Source: Octopus sinensis | Taxonomy: Eukaryota | DNA: 64,000 bases | Direction of reading: 5' to 3' | Assembly: GCF_006345805.1 (NCBI RefSeq) | Contig: NC_042999.1 | Span: 42,408,001 to 42,472,000, forward strand | Part shown: piece by piece, positions 12,160 to 25,504 of the stretch | How the letters are laid out: every line of letters begins with the position of its first letter | Numbering within the stretch: position 1 is the stretch's first letter | Made by a program: the position numbers and the translations under genes | The notes under the pieces: generated by a model | What the model saw: only the letters and a program-made list of their open reading frames with translations | What the model was told of the DNA's origin: nothing | The model's database searches: none

Positions 12160-12440
12160 TACTTTACTTTAGTAATCTACAAAACATCTTCCTACCATCT
12201 TGTTGTATCCATGGTTAATATAGTTTTACCGACATTTTGTGATGCATCCTAAATACATTTACTACTTTTCTTCTATTTACTTTTGCTAATTCACTTAACT
12301 TCCAGTTGAGAATATTACAACTGTAACTAATTACAGGAACATCTAAAGTATTAATACCTATTATCATATCTTTGGCATTCAGTTCAGTTTTGAGCAATAA
12401 TCTAATACATGCATAATTTTATTTCCATATTTGACTGTCG
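12160..12440 (-). mobile_element. R4/Dong-clade LINE fragment
   Basis: ORF 12215-12397 (ELNAKDMIIGINTLDVPVISYS...RMHHK) resembles the post-RT region of R4/Dong ORF2. Confidence 0.6.
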
Positions 12441-13908
12441 TCTATTGTACCTTTCAAAGTATGTGTAATTCTGTCTGTGTTTGAATTCTTGTGTCCTTGT
12501 GTATTTATCTAACATGATATTAGTGTTTATTAATTTTTCATCATTTTAAGGTTATGCAGGTGCATTTTTCCTAACCAAACTTCTCGTAAATTGTGCAAAA
12601 TACACACACACACTCACACAGTACAAGACAAAAGAATACAGTGTAAAATTAATTTACTTAGAAAATAATCTTTACTCGAGTTTCAGAGACAATTATGCAA
12701 TGATTACGTAAAACGAATTTTACACAAATTTTCTATGCAAGTCATTCTGTCATAAGCATTATTAAAAGTGAGGGGCTGTGTATAATGATACAAGTTTCCA
12801 CAAGTTTGGAAGAGATGTAATCTGAGTTCAGTTTAAAGGATCTACAAATAAACTATTTGCATTAAGTAGAATGTCAGGTTAAATTATCAAATTTTCTACT
12901 ATAGTAGAAAATTTGATAATTTAATAGTAGCATGTTGATATATGCATCCGTTCATCATCAGCTGTTGTTTTTAAAAAGTTCAAATCCCAATCCATGTTGT
13001 TTTAGGTTCAGTCCCACTGGGTGGCACCTTGGGCAAGTGTCTTCTACTTTAGCCCTGGACTGATCAAACCCTTGAATGTATTTGGAAGATGAAAACTGAA
13101 AGAAGCTGGTTATGTGTGATTGTGCATGTGTGCATGTATGTATTGTTGTAAAGCAGTCTTTTGCCACTTTGTGTATCTGTCTTTTGATGACGGTTGTCGC
13201 TCTGAGAGATATTGTTATATTCCAAAGTTGTCGATAGAATGGTTCTATCTGGCACTGTACGACCCCCCAGTCATGGAGTGTTATTATCCTCAAACAATTT
13301 GGTTTGTTATAATGTCCACTCAGTATCACAGGATAATTACTATATCAACACAGACACAACTATCGACACAGTTAACACTTACTCTCAACCATTACTGGTC
13401 TATTTATAATGGCTGGCTACTACCACTTTCTACCAGAAGGAGTGTACAGTTTCACTATACAGCATGTATGTCTGAGTTTGTTGCCATTGCCTATCAATGA
13501 ATCATCAGCCAGCTTTGCTGCCTCAATAACTTCTAACATATGAGATCTTTGCTTGAAAAACAGGGAACAGTTAGCAACTGGAAGGACATCTGACTATAAA
13601 ACAAACATCATTTTTGTCTAAACTATGCTAACATGGAAAAATGTACATAAAAAATTTGAATGAAATATGTATATATTACATACTCGAAATTATGCCAGGT
13701 GGTGCTATTAAGTTAGACATGGCCTGGGCCAATACTGGCCAAAACCATTCTAAGTTATTCTAAGTTATTTATCTTTCTATGTCTATAAACATGTCCACAG
13801 CCTGATTGTGCAAAAGAATAAAAGAATACTCAAGCACACACACATACACACATGTATATGCACATACATACACACATACGCACATATAGTTCCAAATTTG
13901 TATGATAT

Positions 13909-15215
13909 ACAGGGTGTGGTGAACCGACTGTCATCTAAATTTCACAAAAATGAAAACAACAGTGACATCTCATTTAAACAGATATACACTTTTTACACTC
14001 TTTACTCTTTTACTTGTTTCAGTCATTTTCATTGTGGCCATGCTGGAGCACCGCCTTTAGTCAAGCAAATCGATCCCAGGACTTATGCATTGTAAGCCTA
14101 GTACATATTCTATCAGTCTCTTTTGCCAAACTGCTAAGTTATGGGGGCCGTAAACACACCAGCATCGGTTGTCAAGCAATGTTGGTGGGACGAACACAGA
14201 CACACAACACACAAACATACACATACATACACACAAATATATACATATATACGACAGGGTTCTTTCAGTTTCCGTCTACCAAATCCACTCACAAGGCTTT
14301 GGTTGGCCTGAAGCTATAGTAGAAGACACTTGCCCAGAGTGTCACGCAGTGGGACTGAACCCAGAACCATGTGGTTCATAAGCAAGTTACTTACCACACA
14401 GCCACTCATACGCTTATATATATTTACTAAGATTACATAAAAATATCTTGAAATACTAAAGAGTAAATTCATTCAATAAAATTGCCATTGGCTTCAACCA
14501 TGGCCTCCAGACGACTTCAGAATCTCCTGCAGCTCTTCTGGATGATCCCTTGTTTCAGTTGGTGAATGCTGCCATAATCCTTGTCTTCAGTTCATCTTTG
14601 TTGTTAAAGGAGTTTTGTTGGTCTCTCTCAACTGCGATCTACACATAATAATTAAGGAGGTTGCAGTTTGGAAAGTTAGGTAGCCAGATGTTAGGCGTGG
14701 TGTGGTCGCAGAAATTGTCTGACAGCCGTGACTGGGTTCTCCTGCTTGTAGAGAATGGTGCAGAGTCCTGTTGGCAGACATAGGATTTCCCAGCAGCTAC
14801 TCTCTTGAACCAGGGCAGCACTACCTCCTCCAGGCCCTTGATGTAAGCCTCCATGTTGGGCGTGAGTCTGTGTGGGAAGGTGAATGGAGGCATAATGTCA
14901 CCATCACTAGTGATCACTCCAAACATCATGATGTTGACTGGATGTTTGATTTTTATCCCTCTTGGTATATGTCCTCAGACTGACACCCAAACACTCTGAA
15001 ATGTTCGTATTGGAGCTTCTGTTATGAATGCCAAGCAGTACAGCATGTCATTTCCAAATTTCTGGCAGAGGGAATTGCATCATGGGGCTGATTTTCTCAG
15101 AGACAGTTCTCAACTGACCCTACTATACTGTGTAGTCAACAAAATTAAAAACAAACTATACACATGCGCAAAATAAAAAATATAAAATGGCAACAATTTA
15201 CCCATCGCTCTGAAT
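13909..15215 (-). mobile_element. Decayed Tc1/mariner (maT/DD37D-like) DNA transposon interrupted by a SINE
   Basis: Transposase remnant 14587-14929 (FGVITSDGDIMPPF...QQDSAP...IWLPNFPNCNLLNYY); ends homologous to the copy at 46883-47935. Confidence 0.8.
13995..14410 (-). mobile_element. Full-length tRNA-derived SINE family A (MetaSINE-like central domain)
   Basis: tRNA-like head, central gccttgtgagtggatttggtagacggaaactgaaagaa, CR1-like tail; the MetaSINE label is from memory. Confidence 0.85.
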
Positions 15216-15572
15216 ATATTCTGCACAGGCTGATCCAAAGAGCTAATGAGTAATCAAGAGGTACAGAGAATGCAAAGCAAGAGAGCTAATCAATGGTGAC
15301 AGCTAAGGAAGATAGAAAAGCTAGTTTCGGCAATGGTTGAGAATTTAATACTGCAACAAGGAAAGGGATCTTGTACTTTGTCGCTTAAACACAAATGAAA
15401 TCAAGTTAGGACCTGACCTATAGACTGTACGCTGGAGATATACTTAACTTTCATATATCTATATCTCCAAAAGGATTTTTCAGACCAATATGACCAATTT
15501 TTACAAGCTGTTAATTATAACTTTAAGTAATAAAAAGAATTATTTCACGTTGTCCCGAAAGTCTTTCTTTCT

Positions 15573-15985
15573 TTACTTTCTTTACTTGTTTTAGTCATTT
15601 GGCTGCGGCCATGTTGGAGCACCACCTTTAGTCAAGCAAATCGATCCCAGGACTTATTCTTTGTAAGCCTAGTACTTATTCTATTGGTCTCTTTTGCCGA
15701 ACCGCTAAGTTACGGGGACCTAAACACACCAGCATCAATTGTTAAGCGATGTTGGGGGAACAAACACAGATACACAACATACACACACACACATGCACAC
15801 ACACAAACACACACACGCATATACGATGGGCTTCTTTCAGTTTCCATCTACCAAATCCACTCACAAGGCTTTGGTCGGCCCAAGGTTATAGTAGAAGACA
15901 CTTGCCCAAGGTGCCACACAGTGGGACTAAACCCGGAACCATGTGGTTGGTAAGCAAGCTACTTACCACACAGCCACTCCTGTGC
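15573..15985 (-). mobile_element. Full-length SINE family A
   Basis: Same structure as 13995-14410. Confidence 0.85.
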
Positions 15986-16248
15986 CTAGTATAAAATTTT
16001 TATGATATCAACAACATACAATTCTCACTTGTAGGAATAAAGTTTCAAAAGCGACTAGAGAAATTCAAAGAATTGCTTTGGTCTAATGTAGGACATTAGT
16101 CATATCTATGGAAGATAGAGGTTTGAGTTCTATGGGCAGCTTTTGACTTCAATCCATAAAGGTTTTTTTTAGCCTAAGAATTACAGGCCACTATTTATAA
16201 CCCTATGTCTACTTCGAGATCCACTATTCCCCAAAATAATCACACATA

Positions 16249-16650
16249 GGTGCAGGAGTAGCTGTGTGGTAAGTAGCTTGCTTACCAACCACATGGTTCC
16301 AGGTTCAAGCCCACTGCGTGGCAACTTGGGCAAGTGTCTTCTACTATAGCCTCAGGCCGACCAAAGCCTTGTGAGTGGATTTGGTAGATGGAAACTGAAA
16401 GAAGCCCGCTGTATATATGTATATGTATATATATGTGTGTGTGTTTGTATGTCTGTGTGTCCCCCTAACATCACTTGACAACCGATGCTGGTGTGTTTAC
16501 ATCCCCGTAACTTAGCTGTTCAGCAAAAGAGACCAATAGAATAACTACTAGGCTTACAAAGAATAAGTCCTGGGGTCGATTTGCTCGACTAACGGCAGAG
16601 CTCCAGCATGGCCACAGTCAAATGACTGAAACAAGTAAAAGAGTAAGAGT
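16249..16650 (+). mobile_element. Full-length SINE family A
   Basis: ggtgcaggagtagctgtgtggtaagtagcttg...tgactgaaacaagtaaaagag. Confidence 0.85.
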
Positions 16651-16671
16651 ATACATACATACATACATACA

Positions 16672-19285
16672 AGTTTTCTTCCAACCCATAAGCATTATAC
16701 AGAGAGATGAGGAAGGAAAACATTACCATTAAGGAAGCTCCCTCCCACAAGGTCTACAATGATTCTGGCCAAAAATTTGGAACGAAAAAAGGGATTTCAG
16801 CCTGAATGCATCATGGTTAAATACAGCTGAGAAAGTATACTGTACCAACACTAAGAGTAAAACATACAAAATTGATGCAGAAACCTTCGCTATAGCAGTA
16901 GGCAAACTGCAGAGTGGAAAGGCACCTGGAAGGGAACTAATAGCTGGATATTGGTACAAGAAGCTGACATTTTATAGAAAGCAATTGATGTGTATGTTCA
17001 AAAGGACTATGGAAGGTCAGACTGATATACCAATTTGGCTTGCTACAACAAGGACGAATCTTGTTGCTAAAAATGAAATCACTGAGCTGGCTGGAAACTA
17101 CAGGTCCATTGCTTGCTTAAACATTATGTAGAAACTGTACACAAGTTGCCTCAACCAACTCCTCCAGGACCATTGTGAGTTGAACAACATTGTGACTGCT
17201 GAACAGGCTTGTGGAAAGAAGGAAGTGTGGGTGGGGGTAGCCAAACAACAATAAACGAAGCTATTCTGTCTGAAGTAAGAAAACAATGCAGATACCTTGT
17301 GACAGTGAGGGTTGGCTGTAAGAAGGCATTCGATTCTATCCCTCATTCATGGCTGTTGAAGTGCCTACATCTTGCAAAGGCACCTACTACCTTAATTGCT
17401 GCTATAGAGAGATTCACAAAGACATGGACAACTATTCTTACCCTTACAACTGAGAACAGAATAATTGTTTTTGATAGTATAGGCATTTCAAAAGGAATAT
17501 TCCAAAGAGATAGTCTTTTTGTACTTCTTTTCATTTTGGCACTGAATCTATAATCATTCCTACTGCAGGCAACAAATGGTTACTTGCTAGGATCTTCAAC
17601 TGTTAGAAATATCAATGGAATTCATAATTTCTTTGTAGATGACCTGAAGATTTATGCTTAAAGTGTTAACAATGCCAGCAAGTACTGGAATTAATAACAT
17701 TTTCAGCTGATATAGGCATGGAATTTGGTCAAAAGAAATGTTCGTATTTGGTTATAGAACAAAGAAAGTCAGTTCTCCCAAACCCAAAACCTGTGCATCA
17801 ATGGTCTCTCTATCTCCACCATTCCACACAAAGAATGTTACAAGTACCTAGGCACAGATGAAAATATATCATATGAAAGCACTGTGAATAAAGGTAGACC
17901 TGAGAATATTACACCAGACTTAGGAAAATATGGCAGTCGGAACTCTCCTCTTACAACAAAACAATATCCCACAATGTATTTGCAGTACCAGCGCTGATCC
18001 CAACATTTTGGATACTTGATTAGTCAGTAGAGAAAATCCATTCCATAGATATCAAAACCTGCAAAATCTTGACAACAACTGGGAACCTCCACAGAAACAG
18101 TGATGTTGACAGGCTCTACCTAAGAAGAAATGAAGATGTTAGAGGCTTGAAATCAGTACAAAATGCCATCTGGTATCACTCAGGCAGAACCTGCTAAACA
18201 ACAGCAGTAAAAATAAATATATTAATGCAGTCCTGAAAAGTGAAGTGAGCAACATTACACAAGTTGGCAGAGAACTCCTCAAGAAACACTCTCTTCCTGA
18301 TGATCTCCTATACAGCCCCAAAACAGCTGGGCTCTCTTACCTCAGAGAAGACCTGGGTGGAAAGCACTAAGCATACAAAAAAAGACAATGCATGGGTATG
18401 TTACCCGGAAGCTCGAAGAAGACGGTAGAATTGACACAAAGCACAGCCTCTCTTGGACACAAGACCACTACATCACATTACTCTTTGAAGGCTATTTGTT
18501 TGCAATCCAGGAGCAGGAAATTGCCACAAAGTACCAGGTGGACATGATAGACAGTGACGCTCTTGTAATCCCAAGGTGAAACTGAATGTGTAGGCTATGT
18601 CACTTTTCTGTGGAAGGCATTACATATGTGATTAGCAGCTGTCCTAAAATGTCGTCACGTTACTACTTCCATATGTGGCATGATGTTGTTGCTAAAACAA
18701 TTTACAATGCTATCCACAAAAAAGACTGTCCTAAAATAAACTGTTATTCCTCTGTTATGGAATATATTCATAAACACTAACTCAAGGAATACTGGTGAAA
18801 TATTCCTATCAAAACTTCTGTCAAATGTAAGCATAACAGGCCGGATATTGTTGTTTGGGACAAAGGGGCAAAGGTATGTACCGTTATAGAGGTAAGCTGC
18901 CCTGCAGATGTAAACATCTCTTTGAAAATCAAAGGAAAAGAGGCTGTCTGTGGACAACTGCTTTGAAACCTTCAGCTTCTATATCCAGACTATGAGTTTA
19001 TATTCATACCAATAATAATTGGAGCACTAGGTTTTGTTAGTAAATGCTTAAAGGAGAATCTGGATAAACTGGGATTTTCAGAAAGAGAAATTGACTGGCT
19101 GATTCATACATTACAAGTCCAATTTGTGAGTGGAACAATAAAAATATGCAAGACATTTCTCAAGTTCCAAATGTGAATTTGTCTGTGTTAGCTACATTCC
19201 AAAGATGGAGCCTTGTATCTTTGTTGGAAACTGGCTCCCTCTTCAGTGGAAGCTTTATAATAATTAAAAAATAGAAGAGACATAC
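16672..19285 (+). mobile_element. Heavily decayed R4/Dong-like non-LTR retrotransposon (RT, CCHC, RLE endonuclease)
   Basis: Fragments NYRSIACLNI, KKAFDSIPHSW, FFVDDLK, CRLC..SSCPKMSSRYY...HDVVA and HNRPDIVVWDK; many stops and frameshifts; (TACA)n on both sides. Confidence 0.85.
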
Positions 19286-19444
19286 ATACATACATACATA
19301 CATACATACATACAAAACTGCACATATACATAGGAAAAATACCCTGTTGATGTTTTTGAAATTCCAGTGAAGGCACCTTGAATCTAGGTTAGAAACCAGC
19401 TCTTTTTCTATTGACAAGAAATCTTGAAGTAGAACTGAATAATG

Positions 19445-19468
19445 TCATATATGCATACATGCATACAT

Positions 19469-19499
<31 letters not shown>

Positions 19500-19806
19500 T
19501 ACATACATACATACATACATACACACAATACATACATACATACACACATACATACATGCATACATGCATACATACATACATACATACATACATACATACA
19601 TACATACACGCACACACACACACACATACATACATACATACATACACACAATACATACATACATACACACATACATACATGCATACATGCATACATGCAT
19701 ACATACATACATACACACAATACATACATACACACAATACATACATACATACACACATACATACATACATACATACATGCATACATGCATACATACATAC
19801 ACACAT
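19445..19806. repeat. (TACA)n/(CA)n compound microsatellite
   Basis: Direct reading. Confidence 0.95.
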
Positions 19807-20344
19807 ATGGCCTCCAGTTGTTAGTCATCTGTAGCATTCAGTTTGAGTTCCTCGATATACAAACAGTTAAATGTTCCATCCAGTTTCATTATATCTGCAT
19901 TCTGCCTTCCATTCAGTATCATTGTTGTTTAGCTTCATATCAGCCATGATCCAGTAGACCCGTGGTCAAAAATTTTCCAACTGCAACCATTCTACCTCTC
20001 TTTAGGTGTATCTTTCTCATTTTTTAGGATGATAATGTGACTTGAAGATTTGACTGTAATCTCTAGCTGGTTAAGCAACCACATACAAAACTGCTTCTCA
20101 GAGGTTTATAATTATCACCAATTTATCAACACCTAGCTTTTACTAACACTGAAACCCTCTTTTCTGTAGAACAGAGAAGTCAGTTCACAACACCCATTTC
20201 TCTGAAGATTTTCTGAAGGTGTCCTGGCCACAAAATATTGAAATACAAAGGAAAAGTACAAACCAATGACTTGTATTATTTTTTATAACTTGCATTGTTA
20301 CAGCTTTATAAAATTAAAATTGAATATAAAATACGCTACAAAAA

Positions 20345-20785
20345 ATTGCAGCTAACAGGTTGATAGCCAATCTTTTGGAGAAAGTCTATTAAAAGTGAAA
20401 CTATTTGTACAGCAACTTCCGTAAAAAGTTTTTATTTCTTAAATTTTTTTTCTATTTGAATCACTTATGTTGATTTATTTGTTGTGTATATATATGTATG
20501 TGCTTATGTGCAAGTGTGTATATTTGTGTATGTATGTGTAACACATACATACACAAGTATATATACATGCACATAAGCACTTACATACATGTACTTACAT
20601 AAACAAATCTACATACACACACATAAACACGTACATACATGCATACATAGACACATACATACATAAACATAAGCGATTCAGCAGAAAAAATTAAAGAAAT
20701 AAAAAAAGTTTACGGAAATTTCAGAACAAATCATTTCATTTTCCAATGGCTTTCTCCAAAAAAAAAATGCCTATGACAACTTGCA
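20345..20785. mobile_element. Old MITE-like fold-back element with long imperfect inverted arms
   Basis: 20345-20471 is approximately the reverse complement of 20666-20785; central palindromic microsatellite. Confidence 0.55.
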
Positions 20786-20811
20786 CATAAGTCATTTCAT
20801 CACTATACGGA

Positions 20812-20977
20812 CAGCAGTGTAGCTAGGAGAAAGGCAATTGTGGTACTCCCCACTGGGAAACACTTTTAATAGGGGTGGTACTTTTACATCTGCTGTATAA
20901 ACTTCAAGGGCCCAGGGACCCAAAGCAGGCAAACTCAAGGGCTGCACTGGATGGCGTACACTCTAGGTACACCGCTG
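20812..20977. mobile_element. Small MITE with ~15-bp TIRs
   Basis: cagcagtgtagctag ... ctaggtacaccgctg. Confidence 0.5.
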
Positions 20978-21299
20978 TATATGGAATATCAAAACAACAT
21001 GTGACGTACTACACAAGACACAAGCTGGAAATACTTTTGGAAATTAAGACAATTAAAAGATGCATCTATCACCCTTCCCACCACCCTCTTTGTCTTCAGT
21101 AACTATATAAAATTTTCCCTGTTGTAAGGGATCTCATTTGTTTATAAGACATTGTTTTGAGTGGTATTCCATTTACTTATAATTATTGAATCAATAGCAA
21201 TATTTTTCAGAGTTATGAAGTCACAACCTCAATCAATATTCAATCTGGGCTATCTTCTTATTATTATCATTATTATTATCATTATTATTATTATTATTA

Positions 21300-21495
21300 T
21301 TAGCATGCCAGGCAAAATGCTTAGTGGCATTCTGTCCATTTTTACGTTCTGAGTTGAAATTCCGTTAAGATTGACTTTACCTTTCATCCTTTCGGGATCA
21401 ATAAATTAAGTAACAAGTCGAGCACTCGGGTCAATGCCATCAACTTAACCCATCCCACCAAAATTGCTGGCTTTGTGCCAAAATTTGAAACCGTT
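21300..21495 (+). mobile_element. SINE family D
   Basis: ttacgttctgagttgaaattcc...ctttcatcctttcggg...aaatttgaaacc. Confidence 0.65.
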
Positions 21496-21515
21496 ATTAT
21501 TATTATTATTATTAT

Positions 21516-22062
21516 AGACGTTGCACAGTATACAATATCGTGAGGTTGTTGATTGAAGATATTGTGTCTGCTGGGGGTTTGTACTCTCTGTCAAGTCACA
21601 AGGAACTTAGACAGAAAGTACTTTACACAATATGCGTACTGTTCCAAGTAATACTGAATTTTGCAATACACCTAGATTGTAGGGTATTTCTAAAGTTTTC
21701 AGATGTTTTTTTCAGATTGGGTGGTATTGAACCCAATGCTCTGAAGACAATAGGAATAACCTTTATGTATAACTCTTGCAGCTTCCACATCTTAGTGATC
21801 TCAGTCCTCAGGACTCCATATTTATCAATCTTTTCTCTTTCTTTTATGATGATATGTTGATCTCCTGGCACCACCACATCAATTATTAGACACTCTTGTT
21901 TGTCCCTCCTAAAGGTTACTATATCTGGCCTTAAGTGGTCTAACAAGTTGTCTGTCTGGAAGTCAAAGTCCCAGAGGATTTTGCCTTCCCCTTTTCAATC
22001 ATTACTTTTTCCAGTGTATGTTGGTACCAAGCACTCGTAACCTCATATCCATATTTATGGCA
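21516..22062 (-). mobile_element. Dong/R4-like LINE 3' fragment (RLE domain) in (TAA)n
   Basis: ORF 21623-21946 (RPDIVTFRRDKQECLIIDVVVPGD...KYGVL...IPIV); (ATT)n on both flanks. Confidence 0.8.
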
Positions 22063-22097
22063 TTATTATTATCATTATTATTATTATTATTGTTATT

Positions 22098-22470
22098 GGT
22101 GGCAAGCTGGCAGAATCATTAACATGTTCTGAGTTCAAATATTGTTGAGGTCAACTCTGCCTTTCATTGTCACAGTATTGATAAACTAAAGTACCAGTCG
22201 AGTACTATGATCGATGAAATCGACTGACTCCCTCCCTTAACACTGCTGGCCTTGTGTCGAAATTTGAAACCAAAAGTGGCGGGTTGGCAGAACTGTTAGC
22301 ACGCCATACAAAATGTTTAGCGGCATCTCATCCATCATTACATTTCAAATTCAAGCTCCATCTTTCATCCTTTCAGAGTCAATAAATTAAGTACCAGTCA
22401 AGTACTGGGGTCTATGTAATCAACTAGCCCCCTATCCTGAAATTCCAGCCTTGGGCCTATACTAGAAAAG
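22098..22470 (+). mobile_element. Two tandem SINE family D copies
   Basis: Heads ggtggcaagctggcagaatc (22098) and gtggcgggttggcagaactg (22277). Confidence 0.65.
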
Positions 22471-24060
22471 ATTATTAGTTAATACTGCCTTTTGTGGATA
22501 ATATCATCACTGGTTATAGGTTTCCGATGGAGTGTATGTAATTTGGTGCTATGGCTAAAACGATTGCTTTGCAGCTAAACAGTTCTGGGGGTCAATCCTA
22601 TTTTGTAGCATATTGGGCAAGTGTTGTCTTTGGTCACCTCATTTAACTAACACCTCATGAATGCAGTTTGATGAATAAGAGACAGAGCAGATTTCCATCT
22701 TTTTGACATGGAAAAGCATGCATCTTTTCATTATTCCTATTTTTTCATCTTCCTTCCTATACACTTATTCCTTCATCTATCCAATTTTATGATGAAGAGC
22801 TAAAGCACAAAATATTAATGACATTTCCACTTTCTTCATTTTTAATCTCTTATTGAGTATTAAACTAACAATTGCATCTTGTTTTCATTTTATCATCTGT
22901 ATTGCTATTTTTATTGTTAACTTTAGATATATATTTTCATGAGTGTATGTGTAAGATTATATATATAACAGGCAGTTGAAAAGGAACACACAAATTAATA
23001 TGTATTAGGAAAATAAACAAGGTAGAAAATGCTAAAATAATTTCATCATGAAGAACATTTTAGTACTGGTTTCAGTCTTTGCGACTTTCTCAATTCAGAA
23101 TAAAGCATGAAAAGCAATTAAATTGTGGAAAAATTAAGTGAAATGTTTTTAAAAAATATTTCAATAGTTTTTTAATGCAAGGGATATTTTTTCAATTTTT
23201 TGTCTGTCTCTCTTTTTTACTTATGTGAGTTCTTGGTAGTAGGTAGTAGTAGTCTAATATTTGATATGAGTTCTTGGTTTTGATTGTTTAAGCAGCAGTA
23301 GTAGTTTAGAAAGGAGTTGGAGGAGGAGGAGAAGAAAAAGAAGAAGAATGCGGGAGTGGCATGACAGTAGTAGGATGTTGGTGGAATCCTCTTAAATGAT
23401 CAAGTGACCTAAAAGTGACTAGTTGTGGTTGCAATAGTAGTGACTGGAATTGTCCTGAATAAATTCATGGGTAGTGACTGTTCTGAATATATCGCTTTTG
23501 ATATTTGCGTGGGTATTGTTCTAAGACCCTTTTAGTAGCGTCATCTGTGATGGAAGAATTCAAAAGGAGTTTATATTTTGTGATTCTTTATTAATACGCT
23601 GACTACAGGTTGCATCATACCTGAATTTATTGAGGGGAAAAATTCTGAAGCTGGGATGTTATTGGCACAAATGTTGATGTGTTCGCTGAATGCTATTGTT
23701 TTTGTATTCCCAAATTTTGATCTGGGATCTATGCAGAGCCATTCTTTGATGTAGAATATATAGTCAAATGGTACACACATGCTTTAAAAAAATATCATTT
23801 CTTTTTGTGTTCCTTTTAACTTGCTTATTGCTTTTCTATTCTACTTCGATAAATGCCAGTCTACTTCTTTTCCTTTTCCTTTTTCATGGCATACAAGTAA
23901 CTGTGCACAAGTTTTCATGCATTGTGTGCATGTGTGTGTTTATAGTTGTCTACCATCTTTAAAAATTTTTGTCTACCTCTTGTAATTTTTCGTGTTGTTC
24001 AATTGTTCATCTCTTATTTCATTTTTGGGATATTTTACATATATAGACATATTAGATATT

Positions 24061-24258
24061 AGCAATGGAAGCAGTATTAGTACTGAATGGCAATTTTTAT
24101 GTCCTACTTAATGTAGATGTAGTTTAGAAACACTGCAAAACTGTGGTCCTGAAGCTTTCTCAGGACAAAAACTGAAATATTACAGTGTACATACAATAAG
24201 TCCATATTAAGTAAGATATAAAGATTGGCATTCAGTACTAATATTACATCCATTGCTT
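24061..24258. repeat. Imperfect ~60-bp inverted repeat (MITE-like remnant)
   Basis: agcaatggaagcagtattagtactgaatg... versus ...cattcagtactaatattacatccattgct. Confidence 0.6.
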
Positions 24259-24299
24259 ATATTCAGTTTTTTACCCATTCTGCCCCTATCAGCAATATA

Positions 24300-24878
24300 G
24301 TTTCTGATTACAAATATCTTGGGTCATACGTATCATCATCTGGAAAAGACTTTCTAACTAGAAAGGGTATGGCCTGGTCAGCCTGTAATGACATGCATAA
24401 GATCTGGTCATCAAATCTAAGTAGAGACTTCAAACTTGAAATCTTCAAAGCCACAGTCGAACCAATTCTACTATATGGCTCAGAAACCTGGACTTTATCA
24501 AAGAATCTTGAGAGGCGGTTGGATGGGACCTACACTCGCCTCCTTATGAGAGCTCAAAATCTCTCGTGGAAGCGCCATCCAACCAAAATGCAAATATATA
24601 GGAAACTACCACCTGTGTCATCTCTTGTGAAAGGTAGGAGAGTCCAGTTTGCTGGACATTGTTGTAGAGCTCTGAAAAAGAGGTAATTTCTACTCTTCTC
24701 CTCTGGAAGCCATCTACTTGCAATACCAGAGGGCGCACACTCTCCTACCCTGATGTAATCTCCAGGGATACAGGCATCCAGCAACAGGACCTCCGTAATG
24801 CTACGATGGACCGTGAAGTCTGGCGTAGCATAGTAAATTCCATTGTCTCGACCACGGTCGAACAATGATGATGATGAG
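24300..24878 (+). mobile_element. RTE-clade LINE 3' fragment (second family)
   Basis: YKYLGS...LLYGSETWTL...RRVQFAGHCCR; ends tcgaccacggtcgaacaatgatgatg. Confidence 0.85.
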
Positions 24879-25144
24879 TGACTGACTAGTCACTGTTTCC
24901 CTATAAATCAGTAGAAGCAAGATTTGGTTGGCATGTGGTGCAAGTGGATACCTACTACTGATGAAGTACAAACACACTGAAATCCGCACTGGACAATTCT
25001 TGTCTACTACTGATATTTTTGTATTTCTTATTACTAAATGTCTATATGAGAAGTTTTTCTCAGGATGAATACCATAGTATTACAATGCTCTTAAAATACA
25101 TTCATGTTAAATAGGACATAAAGATTGCCATATATTATATATAT

Positions 25145-25500
25145 ATTCTTTTATCTATTTCAGTCATTTGACTGCAGCCATGCTGGAGCGAGCACAATCT
25201 TGAAGGATTTTAGTCAAACAAATCGACCCCAGGACTTATTTTTAAAGCCTACTACTCATTCTATCGGTCTCTTTTGCCAAACCATAAGATATGAGAATGT
25301 AAACACACCAACACTGGTTATCAAGCAGCGATGATGGGTGGGGGACAAATACAGATACAAAAACATAGATACATACATACATATATATATGATGGGCTTC
25401 TTTCTGTCTACCAAATCCACTCACAAGGTGTTATGCAGTGTGACTGAACCCGTAACCATGTGGTTGGGAAGCAATCTTCAGACCACACAGCCACACCTAC
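25145..25500 (-). mobile_element. SINE family A (degenerate)
   Basis: Homology to other copies. Confidence 0.7.
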
Positions 25501-25504
25501 ACCT

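Noticed and set aside
13120-13500. Two overlapping open frames (126 aa and 65 aa) in unique sequence
   Set aside because: No convincing splice sites, motif or homology; the start lies in a SINE/microsatellite
24955-25005. CTGATGA AGT..ACT GAAA TCC..GGA hammerhead-like match
   Set aside because: U16.1 is missing and stem I does not pair
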